Source of the DNA: Ilumatobacteraceae bacterium
Lineage (GTDB): Bacteria; Actinomycetota; Acidimicrobiia; Acidimicrobiales; Ilumatobacteraceae
DNA length: 64,000 nucleotides
Reading direction: 5' to 3'
Assembly (NCBI GenBank): GCA_963850755.1
Contig: CAWKMO010000012.1
Span: 56,506 to 120,505, forward strand
The position numbers were made by a program, and so were the translations under genes. This document shows, in pieces, positions 54,936 through 64,000 of this stretch (positions are counted from its first letter, which is position 1; every line of letters begins with the position of its first letter). The notes beneath the pieces are model-generated. The model made no database searches, was not told the DNA's origin, and saw only the letters and a list, made by a program, of their open reading frames with translations.

Positions 54936-55751
54936 ATGTCCGATCGAGTGCTCGTCGCCATCACCGACGGTGTCGCCGACGTGCGGTTCAACCGACCACA
55001 CAAGCGCAACGCACTCGACGCCGAGCAGTTCGTGGCGATCGCCGAAGCAGGCGAACGTCTGATCACCGAGCCAGGCCTGCGAGCGGTCGTGGTGTCTGGT
55101 GCCGGCGGGTCGTTCTGCGCCGGTCTCGATTTCGCCTTCTTCGGCCAGATGGCAGGTGGTGAGGGCACCGGTGCCGACGACCGGCGCGGCAATCCGGGGA
55201 CGCTCACGGAGCGCGGCCTGACCCATCTCGCACAGCAGACCTGTTGGGTGTGGCAGGAGATACCGGTCCCGGTGATCGCCGCTCTGCACGGGCACGCGCT
55301 GGGCGGTGGGATGCAGATCGCGCTCGGGTCCGACATCCGCATCGCCCACCCGGACACCAAGTTGTCGGTCCGTGAGCTGCACTGGGGCATCACCCCGGAC
55401 ATGACGGGGACGTTCGTGCTGAGCCGGCTGGTTCGCACCGATGTCGCCCGCGAGCTCACGTACACGGCGAGGGTGTTCGACGCCCGCGAGGGATACGAGC
55501 TCGGGGTCGTGACGCGGCTCAGCGAATCCCCGTATGACGATGCGGTAGCCCTCGCCCGTCAGATCGCCGAGCGCAATCCGGACGGGGTCCGCGGCGCCAA
55601 GGCGCTCTTCAACCGCATGTTCACCGAGGGAGCGGCCGAGCAGTTCGCCGAGGAGCGACGTGTGATCTCGAGCTTGATCGGGACGCCCAACCAGGTCGAG
55701 GCGGTCACCGCCAACCTCGAGAACCGAAGCCCGCTGTTCTCGGACACCTGA
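54936..55751 (+). CDS. Enoyl-CoA hydratase/isomerase family protein
   Basis: NRP.KRNAL, FCAGLD, GHALGGG and WGITPDM. Confidence 0.93.
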   Translation: MSDRVLVAITDGVADVRFNRPHKRNALDAEQFVAIAEAGERLITEPGLRAVVVSGAGGSFCAGLDFAFFGQMAGGEGTGADDRRGNPGTLTERGLTHLAQQTCWVWQEIPVPVIAALHGHALGGGMQIALGSDIRIAHPDTKLSVRELHWGITPDMTGTFVLSRLVRTDVARELTYTARVFDAREGYELGVVTRLSESPYDDAVALARQIAERNPDGVRGAKALFNRMFTEGAAEQFAEERRVISSLIGTPNQVEAVTANLENRSPLFSDT

Positions 55752-55757
55752 ACCCGG

Positions 55758-57078
55758 ATGGGTGATCGCCGAATCGCACGGTTGATGATCCCGGGTCACT
55801 CGCCTGGGTCGGTGATCGTCGACGGCGATGGATGGTTGCCGTCGATCGAGTTCGAGCTCGACGAGGGCGAGATGACGGTGGCCGCCCTCGGGCGAGCGCT
55901 GGCCTCGACGCTCGGCTTCGACGAGCCGATCATCGACTGTCTCATCGACCAGACCGAGTCGGTCGACCCCGATGCGCCCGTGGCGATCCTCGTCGAGCTC
56001 GCTCGACTCGACCTCGCGCCATCACCGGACGGGTGGACGTCGGTCCCTGCCGACCGGTGCCCGGTGTCGATCGAACCTGCTCTGGCCGAACGCCTGCGCG
56101 GCTGGCTGGACGAACGCAGCGGTCGCACCGGGCCCGACCCGCTTCGCCCCGACTGGGCGCGACCCGGTTGGTACGCCTCGGCCAGGAAATGGATCGAGCA
56201 GTCGTTGGCGGAGTGCGGGCTGCCGCAGCCGATCGCCGTCGTCCAGTTCCGTCAGTGGGGCATATCGGCGGTGATGCGGGTCGACACCCCTGGACGGGCG
56301 CTACTGGTTCAAGGCGGTGTTCGAGCAGTTCCGCAGGGAGGCTGCGGTCACGGAGTTCCTCGACCGCGAGCTGCCCGGGCTCGTCACCGGCGTTGTCGCG
56401 ATCGACGCCGATCGCGGTTGGCTGTTGCTCCACGATCTCGGCTCGGGGTCGATGGTGGCCGACGCCGCCGACCATCGTCGAGCGTTCGCTCACCTCGCCC
56501 GCGCCCAGCGCACGTTCGCCGGTCGCGAGTCGGACCTGCTCGCCGCCGGATGCGAGCCGCGGCCGCTCGGGGTGCTTCCTGTCGACTTCGCACGAGCGGT
56601 CGCCGATCCCCGGCTGCGACCGTGGCTCGATGTGCCGCCGCAGCGTGCCGGGCAACTCGTGCGTTGGCTCGAACAGGCGGTCGCACGCGTCGAGGCGATC
56701 GACACGCCCGACGTGCTCGTGCACGGCGACTTCCACCCAGGCAACGTGGCAGCCGCCGGCGATCGGAGGATCATCTTCGACTGGTCCGACGCCGCGATCT
56801 CGAAGCCGTTCGTCGACGTGGTGACGTGGCGCTGGTGGTTGATCGGCGACCCGCCCGCAATCGACTCGCTGTGGCGCTCGTTCTTCGACGAGTGGTCGTC
56901 CACCCATCCGGTGGCCGACTGGGAGGCCCATCGCACGGACATGGAAGGTCTGGCGGGGGCGTATCACGTCGTCAGCTATGCAGGCATCGTCGCCGGCCTC
57001 GAGCCTCCCCGACGCGTGGAGCACGCCAACGGCCTCGCCGAGTTCTTCGCCTTGCTCGACTCGAGCGTGCCGACCTGA
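55758..57078 (+). CDS. Aminoglycoside-phosphotransferase-like kinase (frameshift near 56295)
   Basis: WFKA, HGDFHPGN and FDWSD motifs. Confidence 0.85.
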
Positions 57079-57082
57079 GCAG

Positions 57083-58304
57083 TCAGACGCAGGTAGCGGC
57101 GTCGGCCAGGCCGCGCCCGCAGATGTCCCATGCGTACGCCCGGTGCACGGTCGCCGGGAGGTCGGGGGTGGCGGTGGTGATCCAGGCCGCCCACGTCGTC
57201 GACGTGACGGAGTCGTCCATTGCCGGGACCTCGACGATCAGCAAGCTGTAGCGATCGAAGCTGACACCGTCGTGCCGCGTCATCGACGGGGCGACCTCGG
57301 CGTCGGACTGCGTCGAGCCCGGCCACGATGGCCTCGGTGATGGCATCGATGTCTGCAGCTTCACCGGACTCGTTGGCGCCGGCACCCTCGGCCATTGCCG
57401 TCACCTCGGCGGTGGCATCGCGCACGTTGACGAACTGATCCTGGGCGGCGATCAGGTCGGGCGAGGGGATCGGCGACGCGGCGTCGAACAGCTCGGTGCC
57501 CACCTTGAACCGCTCGCACTCGACGGCCATCCCGTCGCACCCCATCGACGTGCCGCTCGACACGGTGTTCCATCCCTCGTCACCGCGCGCGACCAGAACC
57601 CCGCCGCCGTCGCCCGATCCGGGCTGCATGTACACGCCGCTGTAGGTCAGCACCGCCAGATCGTCGGCGCAGGCGAGGTTCGTGACCGCGACCGGGTGCA
57701 CGAGATCGATCGCGGCCACGAGCGTCACGAGCGGTTCGACGCAGCCGCTCGTGGTGACCGCCCACGTGGACGGCTGCTGAGCGAACGTCACGTCGCCGGG
57801 CTCGGCCCCGACGTCGACCACCCACGGATCGTCGCCGTCGACCACGGCGAACGTGCTGCTGTCGCCTGGCAACGCGCACCACTCGGTCCACGTGGTCGCG
57901 CCGTCGTGCCCGACCGCCACGCAGCGCAGCGAGAAGTCGCCATCGACGCTCACACCGTCGTAGACCACGAGGCCGTCGGCCTCGCCCACGCGTTCGAGGA
58001 CGAACGGGTTGGTGAGCACCGGTGAGACGACCTCGAGCGTCGCCCCCGACAGGGGGACGGTCGGCGCGACGGTGGTCGAGATCGCCGGCGGGAGCGTGTT
58101 GACCGGCCCGGTCGTCGACACCGTCGTGGTGCCCGTCGCCGACGGTGGTGTCGTCGTCACCACCAACTCGGTCGTGGTCTGTGGGGTCGACAACGTGCTC
58201 GGCGGCGGGTCGTCGTCGCCGCAGCCTGTGACCGCCACCATGATCGCCCCGGCAACCATGAGCCCAGGCGCGACGCGACGGGCGGCTGAACGGGGATCCG
58301 GCAT
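57083..58304 (-). CDS. Hypothetical lipoprotein (frameshift near 57315)
   Basis: Lipobox VTGC, Thr-rich linker, paired Cys residues, C-terminal DDS...W..C.RG...C. Confidence 0.65.
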
Positions 58305-58435
58305 CGTGACAGTTGAGCACGAACGATTCGGTCAATGCATTTTCAATTGTCGCCGACGACCTCGTAAGATTCAGGACAACTTCGGGCCAACGTCGTCCCG
58401 GCCTCCACATTGTCCGTCCCCTAGTGGAAGTACCG

Positions 58436-61400
58436 ATGCAGACGTACCCAATTGCTTCGGGTCTGTACGACCCGCGTTTCGAGCACGACTCGTGCGGGGT
58501 GTCGTTCGTCGCCCACATGCGTGGCGAAGCCTCCAACGAGCTCGTCCGGATCGGGCTGTCGGCCCTGACCAACCTCGAACACCGAGGTGCCACCGGGGCC
58601 GAGGCCGACACCGGCGACGGAGCCGGGATCCTGATCCAGATCCCCGACCGGCTGTTGCGCGAAACAGTCGACTTCGAGCTCCCACCCGCCGGCAGCTACG
58701 CCGTCGGCATCGCCTTCCTGCCGGCCGACGAGGGCCATCGCGACAAGGCCCAGGACATGATCGAGACGATCGTCGTCGATTCCGGGCTCACCCTGCTCGG
58801 CTGGCGCCAACTCCCGATCCGTCCCGACTGCCTCGGCAAGACCGCCCGGGCGGCGATGCCGGCGTTCCGGCAGCTGTTCGTGGCGTCGCCGAGCGGGGCG
58901 TCGGGGATCGCCCTCGATCGTCTGACGTTCGTCGCCCGCAAGCGGATCGAGCACGAGTTGCCCGGCGAGCTCAGGACGTACTTCTCGTCGCTGTCGGCGC
59001 GCACGATCGTCTACAAGGGGATGTTCACGACGCCCCAGCTCGGCCAGTTCTACCCCGATCTCACCGACCCGCGCGTCGAGAGCGCGTTGCTGCTGGTGCA
59101 CTCGCGGTTCTCCACCAACACATTCCCCTCGTGGCCGCTCGCCCACCCGTACCGGTACATCGCCCACAACGGTGAGATCAACACGGTGCAGGGCAACCAG
59201 AACTGGATGCGTGCACGCGAGGCGATGGCGGCCAGTGATGCGCTGCCCGACCTCGACAAGGCCTTCCCGATCTGCACCGAAGGTGCATCCGACACAGCCC
59301 GCTTCGACGAGGTGCTCGAGCTCCTGCACCTGGCGGGTAGGCCCTTGCACCACGCGATCCTGATGATGATCCCGGAGGCGTGGGAGAACAACGCCGAGAT
59401 GGACTCCGACCGGAGGGCGTTCTACCAGTTCCACGCCAGCGTGATGGAGCCCTGGGACGGCCCGGCGAGCGTCACGTTCACCGACGGCACCGTGATCGGC
59501 GCCGTGCTCGACCGCAACGGGCTGCGCCCGAGCCGCTACTGGGTCACCGACGACGACCTGGTGATCATGGCCTCCGAGGTGGGCGTGCTCGACGTCGATC
59601 CCGCCAAGGTCGTCAGCAAGGGCCGCCTGCAACCGGGGCGGATGTTCCTGATCGACACCAACGAGGGCCGGATCGTCGACGACGAGGAGATCAAGAACCA
59701 ACTCGCCGCCGAGCACCCGTACGCCGAGTGGCTGCGCGACGGCATGGCGCAACTGTCCGACCTGCCCGAACGCGAGCACGTCGTGTTCAGCCACGACAGC
59801 GTGCTGCGACGCCAGCAGATGTTCGGGTACACCCACGAGGAGCTCAAGATCATCGTCGCCCCGATGGCGAAGGCGGGGGTCGAGCCGATCGGATCGATGG
59901 GCACCGACACCCCGATCGCCGTCTTGTCGAAGCGTCCCCGGCTCCTGTTCGACTACTTCCAGCAGCTGTTCGCACAGGTCACCAACCCGCCTCTCGACGC
60001 CATCCGGGAAGAGGTCGTGACCGCCGTCTCGTCCACGATCGGCCCCGAGTCGAACCTGCTCGTGCCTGGCCCCGACAGCTGTCGCCAGCTGGCACTGCCG
60101 TTCCCGATCCTCGACAACGACGAGCTCGCCAAGATCATCCACGCCAACGACGACGGCCAGTTCCCGGGCTTGGAAGCACACGTCGTGCGCGGGTTGTACC
60201 GCGTCGCCGGTGGCGGCCAGGCGTTGCGCCAGTCGCTCGACCGGATCGCATTCGAGGTCTCCGAGGCGATCGAGCGCGGGGCGCGGGTGATCGTGCTGTC
60301 CGATCGCAACGCCGACTCGGTCGACGGTCCGATCCCGTCGCTGCTGCTCACGGCGGCGGTGCACCACCACCTGGTGCGCACCAAGCAGCGCACGCAGGTC
60401 GGCCTGGTGGTCGAGTGCGGCGACGCCCGTGAGGTCCATCACATGGCGTTGCTGATCGGGTACGGGGCCGGCGCGATCAACCCGTATCTCGCCTTCGAGT
60501 CGATCGAGGACCTGATCGCCGAGGAGATGCACGGGCTGGCCGGGATCGATCCGCACAAGGCGGTCAAGAACTACATCAAGGCCTGCGGCAAGGGTGTGCT
60601 CAAGGTGATGTCGAAGATGGGCGTCTCCACCGTCGCCTCGTACACCGGCGCCCAGATCTTCGAGGCGATCGGCCTCGGCGACGAGCTCGTCGAGCGCTAC
60701 TTCACCGGCACCGTGAGCAGGATCGGCGGGATCGACCTCGATGGCATCGCCTCGGCGGTCGCCGTGCGCCACGCCGTCGCCAACCCGCGGCGCCCGGAGG
60801 AGCGGGCTCACCGCAAGCTCGAGCTCGGCGGCGAGTACCAGTGGCGCCGCGAGGGCGAGTACCACCTGTTCAACCCGGAGACGGTGTTCAAGCTCCAACA
60901 TGCCACCCGGGCCAAGCGCTACGACATCTTCAAGGAGTACAGCAGCAAGGTCGACGACCAGTCGCGCAACCTGGCGACGCTGCGCGGGCTGTTCCGCTTC
61001 CGCGACGACCGCCAGCCGATCGACATCGACGAGGTCGAAGCGGTGAGCGAGATCGTTCGCCGGTTCTCGACCGGTGCGATGTCGTACGGATCGATCTCGG
61101 CCGAGGCGCACGAGACGCTGGCGATCGCGATGAACCGGCTCGGCGCCAAGTCGAACACCGGTGAGGGCGGCGAGGACGCCGACCGGTTGCACGACCCCGA
61201 CCGCCGATCGGCGATCAAGCAGGTGGCCTCCGGCCGCTTCGGGGTCACGTCCGAGTACCTGACCAACGCCGCCGACCTGCAGATCAAGATGGCCCAGGGG
61301 GCCAAGCCCGGCGAGGGTGGCCAGCTCCCCGGGCACAAGGTCTATCCGTGGATCGCCAAGACCCGATATTCGACGCCCGGCGTCGGGCTGATCAGCCCAC

Positions 61401-62977
61401 CGCCGCACCACGACATCTACTCGATCGAGGATCTCAAGCAGCTGATCCACGACCTCAAGAACTCCAATCCGTCGGCACGTGTGCACGTCAAGCTGGTCGC
61501 CGAGACCGGCGTCGGCACCGTGGCGGCCGGAGTGTCGAAGGCCAAGGCCGATGTCGTGCTGATCTCCGGCCACGACGGCGGCACCGGGGCCTCGCCGCTG
61601 ACGTCGCTCAAGCACGCCGGCGGCCCGTGGGAGCTCGGTCTCGCCGAGACCCAGCAGACGCTCGTGCTCAACGGCTTGCGCGACCGGATCGTCGTGCAGA
61701 CCGACGGTCAGCTCAAGACCGGTCGCGACGTCGTGATCGCGGCCCTGCTCGGCGCCGAGGAGTTCGGATTCGCCACGGCGCCACTGGTCGTGTCGGGTTG
61801 CGTGATGATGCGGGTCTGCCATCTCGACACGTGTCCCGTCGGCGTGGCGACGCAGAATCCGGAGCTGCGCAAGCGGTTCAGCGGCACACCCGAGTTCGTC
61901 ATCAACTTCTTCGAGTTCATCGCCGAGGAGGTGCGCGAGCTGATGGCTCAGCTCGGATTCCGCACGATGCTGGAGATGGTCGGACACGTCGAGGCGCTCG
62001 ACGTGCAGCCGGCGATCGACCACTGGAAGACGCACGGGCTCGACATCACACCGATCCTGGCGGCGCCGATCAACAACTACGAGCAGACGCTCCACCAGTC
62101 GGTGCCGCAGGACCACGGGCTCGACCGTGCGCTCGATCAGGAGTTGATCCGGCTCGCCCAGCCGGCGATCGTCGACGCCCAACCGGTGGTGATCGATCTG
62201 CCGATCCGCAACGTCAATCGCACGGTCGGAACGTTGCTCGGGCACGAGGTCACCAAGCGCTGGAAGGGTGAGGGACTCCCGGACGGCACGATCGACATCT
62301 CGTTCCGTGGCTCGGCGGGGCAGAGCTTCGGGGCGTTCGTCCCGCGCGGGATCACGCTGCGGCTCGAGGGTGACGCCAACGACTACCTCGGAAAGGGCTT
62401 GTCCGGAGGCCGGCTGATCGTGCGTCCTCCGCTCGACTCGCCGTTCGTCGCCGAGGATCAGGTGATCGCCGGCAACGTGATCGGGTACGGCGCGACGGCA
62501 GGCGAGATCTTCCTGCGCGGCATCGTCGGCGAGCGCTTCTGTGTGCGCAACTCGGGTGCCACCGCGGTGGTCGAGGGGGTCGGTGACCATGGTTGCGAGT
62601 ACATGACCGGTGGCAGGGTCGTCGTGCTGGGTGACACCGGTCGCAACTTCGGTGCCGGCATGTCGGGCGGCATCGCCTACGTGTACGACCCCGACGGCGA
62701 CTTCGACCGCAAGGTCAACCGGGAGATGGTCGAGGTCGAGCAGCTCGACGAGGCCGACCGCCAGTTCGTCCGTGACACGATCGAGCGTCACCACGGCTAC
62801 ACCGACTCGGCCGTCGCCAAGCGCATGCTCGCCAGTTGGAGCGTCGCCGTCAGCCGGTTCCGCAAGGTCATGCCCACCGACTACAAGCGGGTCCTCACGG
62901 TCATGAAGGAATCAGCCGCCGCCGGCCTCGACGAAGAACAGACCGTCGCCAAGGTGATGGAGGCCGCGCGCGGATGA
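58436..62977 (+). CDS. gltB: Glutamate synthase large subunit
   Basis: EHDSCGV (Ntn Cys), [29 protein letters not shown] and GXGXG domain. Confidence 0.99.
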   Translation: MQTYPIASGLYDPRFEHDSCGVSFVAHMRGEASNELVRIGLSALTNLEHRGATGAEADTGDGAGILIQIPDRLLRETVDFELPPAGSYAVGIAFLPADEGHRDKAQDMIETIVVDSGLTLLGWRQLPIRPDCLGKTARAAMPAFRQLFVASPSGASGIALDRLTFVARKRIEHELPGELRTYFSSLSARTIVYKGMFTTPQLGQFYPDLTDPRVESALLLVHSRFSTNTFPSWPLAHPYRYIAHNGEINTVQGNQNWMRAREAMAASDALPDLDKAFPICTEGASDTARFDEVLELLHLAGRPLHHAILMMIPEAWENNAEMDSDRRAFYQFHASVMEPWDGPASVTFTDGTVIGAVLDRNGLRPSRYWVTDDDLVIMASEVGVLDVDPAKVVSKGRLQPGRMFLIDTNEGRIVDDEEIKNQLAAEHPYAEWLRDGMAQLSDLPEREHVVFSHDSVLRRQQMFGYTHEELKIIVAPMAKAGVEPIGSMGTDTPIAVLSKRPRLLFDYFQQLFAQVTNPPLDAIREEVVTAVSSTIGPESNLLVPGPDSCRQLALPFPILDNDELAKIIHANDDGQFPGLEAHVVRGLYRVAGGGQALRQSLDRIAFEVSEAIERGARVIVLSDRNADSVDGPIPSLLLTAAVHHHLVRTKQRTQVGLVVECGDAREVHHMALLIGYGAGAINPYLAFESIEDLIAEEMHGLAGIDPHKAVKNYIKACGKGVLKVMSKMGVSTVASYTGAQIFEAIGLGDELVERYFTGTVSRIGGIDLDGIASAVAVRHAVANPRRPEERAHRKLELGGEYQWRREGEYHLFNPETVFKLQHATRAKRYDIFKEYSSKVDDQSRNLATLRGLFRFRDDRQPIDIDEVEAVSEIVRRFSTGAMSYGSISAEAHETLAIAMNRLGAKSNTGEGGEDADRLHDPDRRSAIKQVASGRFGVTSEYLTNAADLQIKMAQGAKPGEGGQLPGHKVYPWIAKTRYSTPGVGLISPPPHHDIYSIEDLKQLIHDLKNSNPSARVHVKLVAETGVGTVAAGVSKAKADVVLISGHDGGTGASPLTSLKHAGGPWELGLAETQQTLVLNGLRDRIVVQTDGQLKTGRDVVIAALLGAEEFGFATAPLVVSGCVMMRVCHLDTCPVGVATQNPELRKRFSGTPEFVINFFEFIAEEVRELMAQLGFRTMLEMVGHVEALDVQPAIDHWKTHGLDITPILAAPINNYEQTLHQSVPQDHGLDRALDQELIRLAQPAIVDAQPVVIDLPIRNVNRTVGTLLGHEVTKRWKGEGLPDGTIDISFRGSAGQSFGAFVPRGITLRLEGDANDYLGKGLSGGRLIVRPPLDSPFVAEDQVIAGNVIGYGATAGEIFLRGIVGERFCVRNSGATAVVEGVGDHGCEYMTGGRVVVLGDTGRNFGAGMSGGIAYVYDPDGDFDRKVNREMVEVEQLDEADRQFVRDTIERHHGYTDSAVAKRMLASWSVAVSRFRKVMPTDYKRVLTVMKESAAAGLDEEQTVAKVMEAARG

Positions 62978-63087
62978 GCACCCGTACGACGAACGTGCTG
63001 TGGAGCGCCGAGGAAAGCGCGAGCGACGAGGCGCACCCGAGTGAGGAGAACTGCAAGGCCGACGAACGAGGGCATCGGCATGGGTGA
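62974..63087 (+). other. MIRU-like 37-codon mini-ORF overlapping the gltB stop and gltD start
   Basis: ATGA overlap at 62974-62977; TGA at 63085-63087 lies inside the first codons of gltD. Confidence 0.55.
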
Positions 63088-64000
63088 GACGACTGGCTTC
63101 CTGCAGTGGGACCGGGAGCTGCCTCAGTACCGGCCGGTGCCGGTGCGGCTGCGCGACTGGAAGGAGGTCTACGAGGACTTCCCGCAGGACAAGCTCCAGA
63201 CGCAGGCCGGGCGTTGCATGGACTGCGGCATCCCGTTCTGCAACAACGGATGCCCGCTCGGCAACCTGATCCCCGACTGGAACGACCTCGTCTACCGCGG
63301 GCACTGGCAGGACGCCATCGATCGCTTGCACGCCACCAACAACTTCCCCGAGTTCACCGGACGCCTGTGCCCGGCGCCTTGTGAGTCGGCGTGCGTGCTC
63401 GGCATCAACCAGCCGCCCGTCACGATCAAGCAGGTCGAGGTCGAGATCATCGACATGGCCTTCGACGAGGGTTGGGTCGCGCCGCACCGGCCGACGGTCA
63501 AGACCGGCAAGCGTGTCGCCGTCGTCGGATCGGGTCCGGCCGGGCTCGCCGCCGCCCAGCAACTGACGCGTGCCGGCCACGACGTGGTCGTGCTCGAGCG
63601 GGCCGACCGGATCGGCGGCCTGCTCCGGTACGGCATCCCCGAGTTCAAGATGGAGAAGCGCCACATCGACCGGCGGCTCGAGCAGATGGAGGCCGAGGGC
63701 ACCGAGTTCCGCACCAACGCCGTCGTCGGCCAGAACGTCGACGTCGACCGTGCTGCAGGCTTCGTACGACGCGATCGTGCTCGCCTGCGGTGCCACCGCG
63801 TGGCGCGACCTTCCGGTTCCCGGGCGCGAACTGGGCAACATCCATCAGGCGATGGAGTACCTGCCGTGGTCGAACCGTGTCCAGCTCGGCGACATCGACG
63901 CCTCGCCGATCGACGTCAACGGCAAGCACGTGGTGATCATCGGCGGCGGCGACACCGGTGCCGACTGTCTCGGCACCGCCCATCGCCAGGGGGCGGCGTC
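63080..64000 (+). CDS. gltD: Glutamate synthase small subunit (partial; frameshift near 63755)
   Basis: [33 protein letters not shown] and IGGGDTG.DC. Confidence 0.97.
   Translation, partial: MGETTGFLQWDRELPQYRPVPVRLRDWKEVYEDFPQDKLQTQAGRCMDCGIPFCNNGCPLGNLIPDWNDLVYRGHWQDAIDRLHATNNFPEFTGRLCPAPCESACVLGINQPPVTIKQVEVEIIDMAFDEGWVAPHRPTVKTGKRVAVVGSGPAGLAAAQQLTRAGHDVVVLERADRIGGLLRYGIPEFKMEKRHIDRRLEQMEAEGTEFRTNAVVGQNVDVDRAAGFVRRDRARLRCHRVARPSGSRARTGQHPSGDGVPAVVEPCPARRHRRLADRRQRQARGDHRRRRHRCRLSRHRPSPGGGV

Noticed and set aside
55758-57078. Aminoglycoside resistance gene
   Set aside because: Only generic APH/choline-kinase-fold motifs are present, with a long extra N-terminus; the substrate cannot be inferred.
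58421-62794. 1457-aa antisense ORF, and similar long shadow ORFs such as 17803..19701, 33815..35803 and 48722..50671
   Set aside because: These are mirror frames of genuine high-GC genes (gltB, lepA, vWA/AKR, aconitase) and have no protein motifs.

Overview
High-GC actinobacterial chromosomal segment. It is most likely Acidimicrobiia/Ilumatobacter-like, which is an inference from gene content and order (bS22, BldD, metG-tatD-rsmA-ispE, tRNA-Gln-glmU-prs). The backbone is mostly housekeeping: EthA-type monooxygenase, prs, a truncated glmU, ispE, rsmA, tatD, metG, rsmI, uppP, comEA/comEC, holA, rpsT, lepA, photolyase, hrcA-dnaJ-rsmE, bldD-like regulator, hemW, citrate synthase, mitochondrial-type aconitase and gltBD. 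There are two tRNAs, and an accessory-looking block follows tRNA-Val. More than 20 genes, including essential ones, carry single-base frameshifts, which points to uncorrected long-read errors rather than pseudogenes, so several gene ends are approximate. The most interesting signals are: (1) an unannotated ~120-nt candidate sRNA with three hairpins, each with a CCCCC(C) loop followed by A, its own sigma70-type promoter, a terminator and a LysR box, divergent from a LysR gene; (2) a stand-alone clpP apparently sharing twin palindromic operators with a divergent SRPBCC-ArsR pair; (3) a BldD orthologue with an intact c-di-GMP motif; (4) a GlmU lacking its acetyltransferase C-terminus; (5) two families of intergenic hairpin repeats and a MIRU-like coupled mini-ORF between gltB and gltD. 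No CRISPR, transposase, integrase or rRNA was seen.
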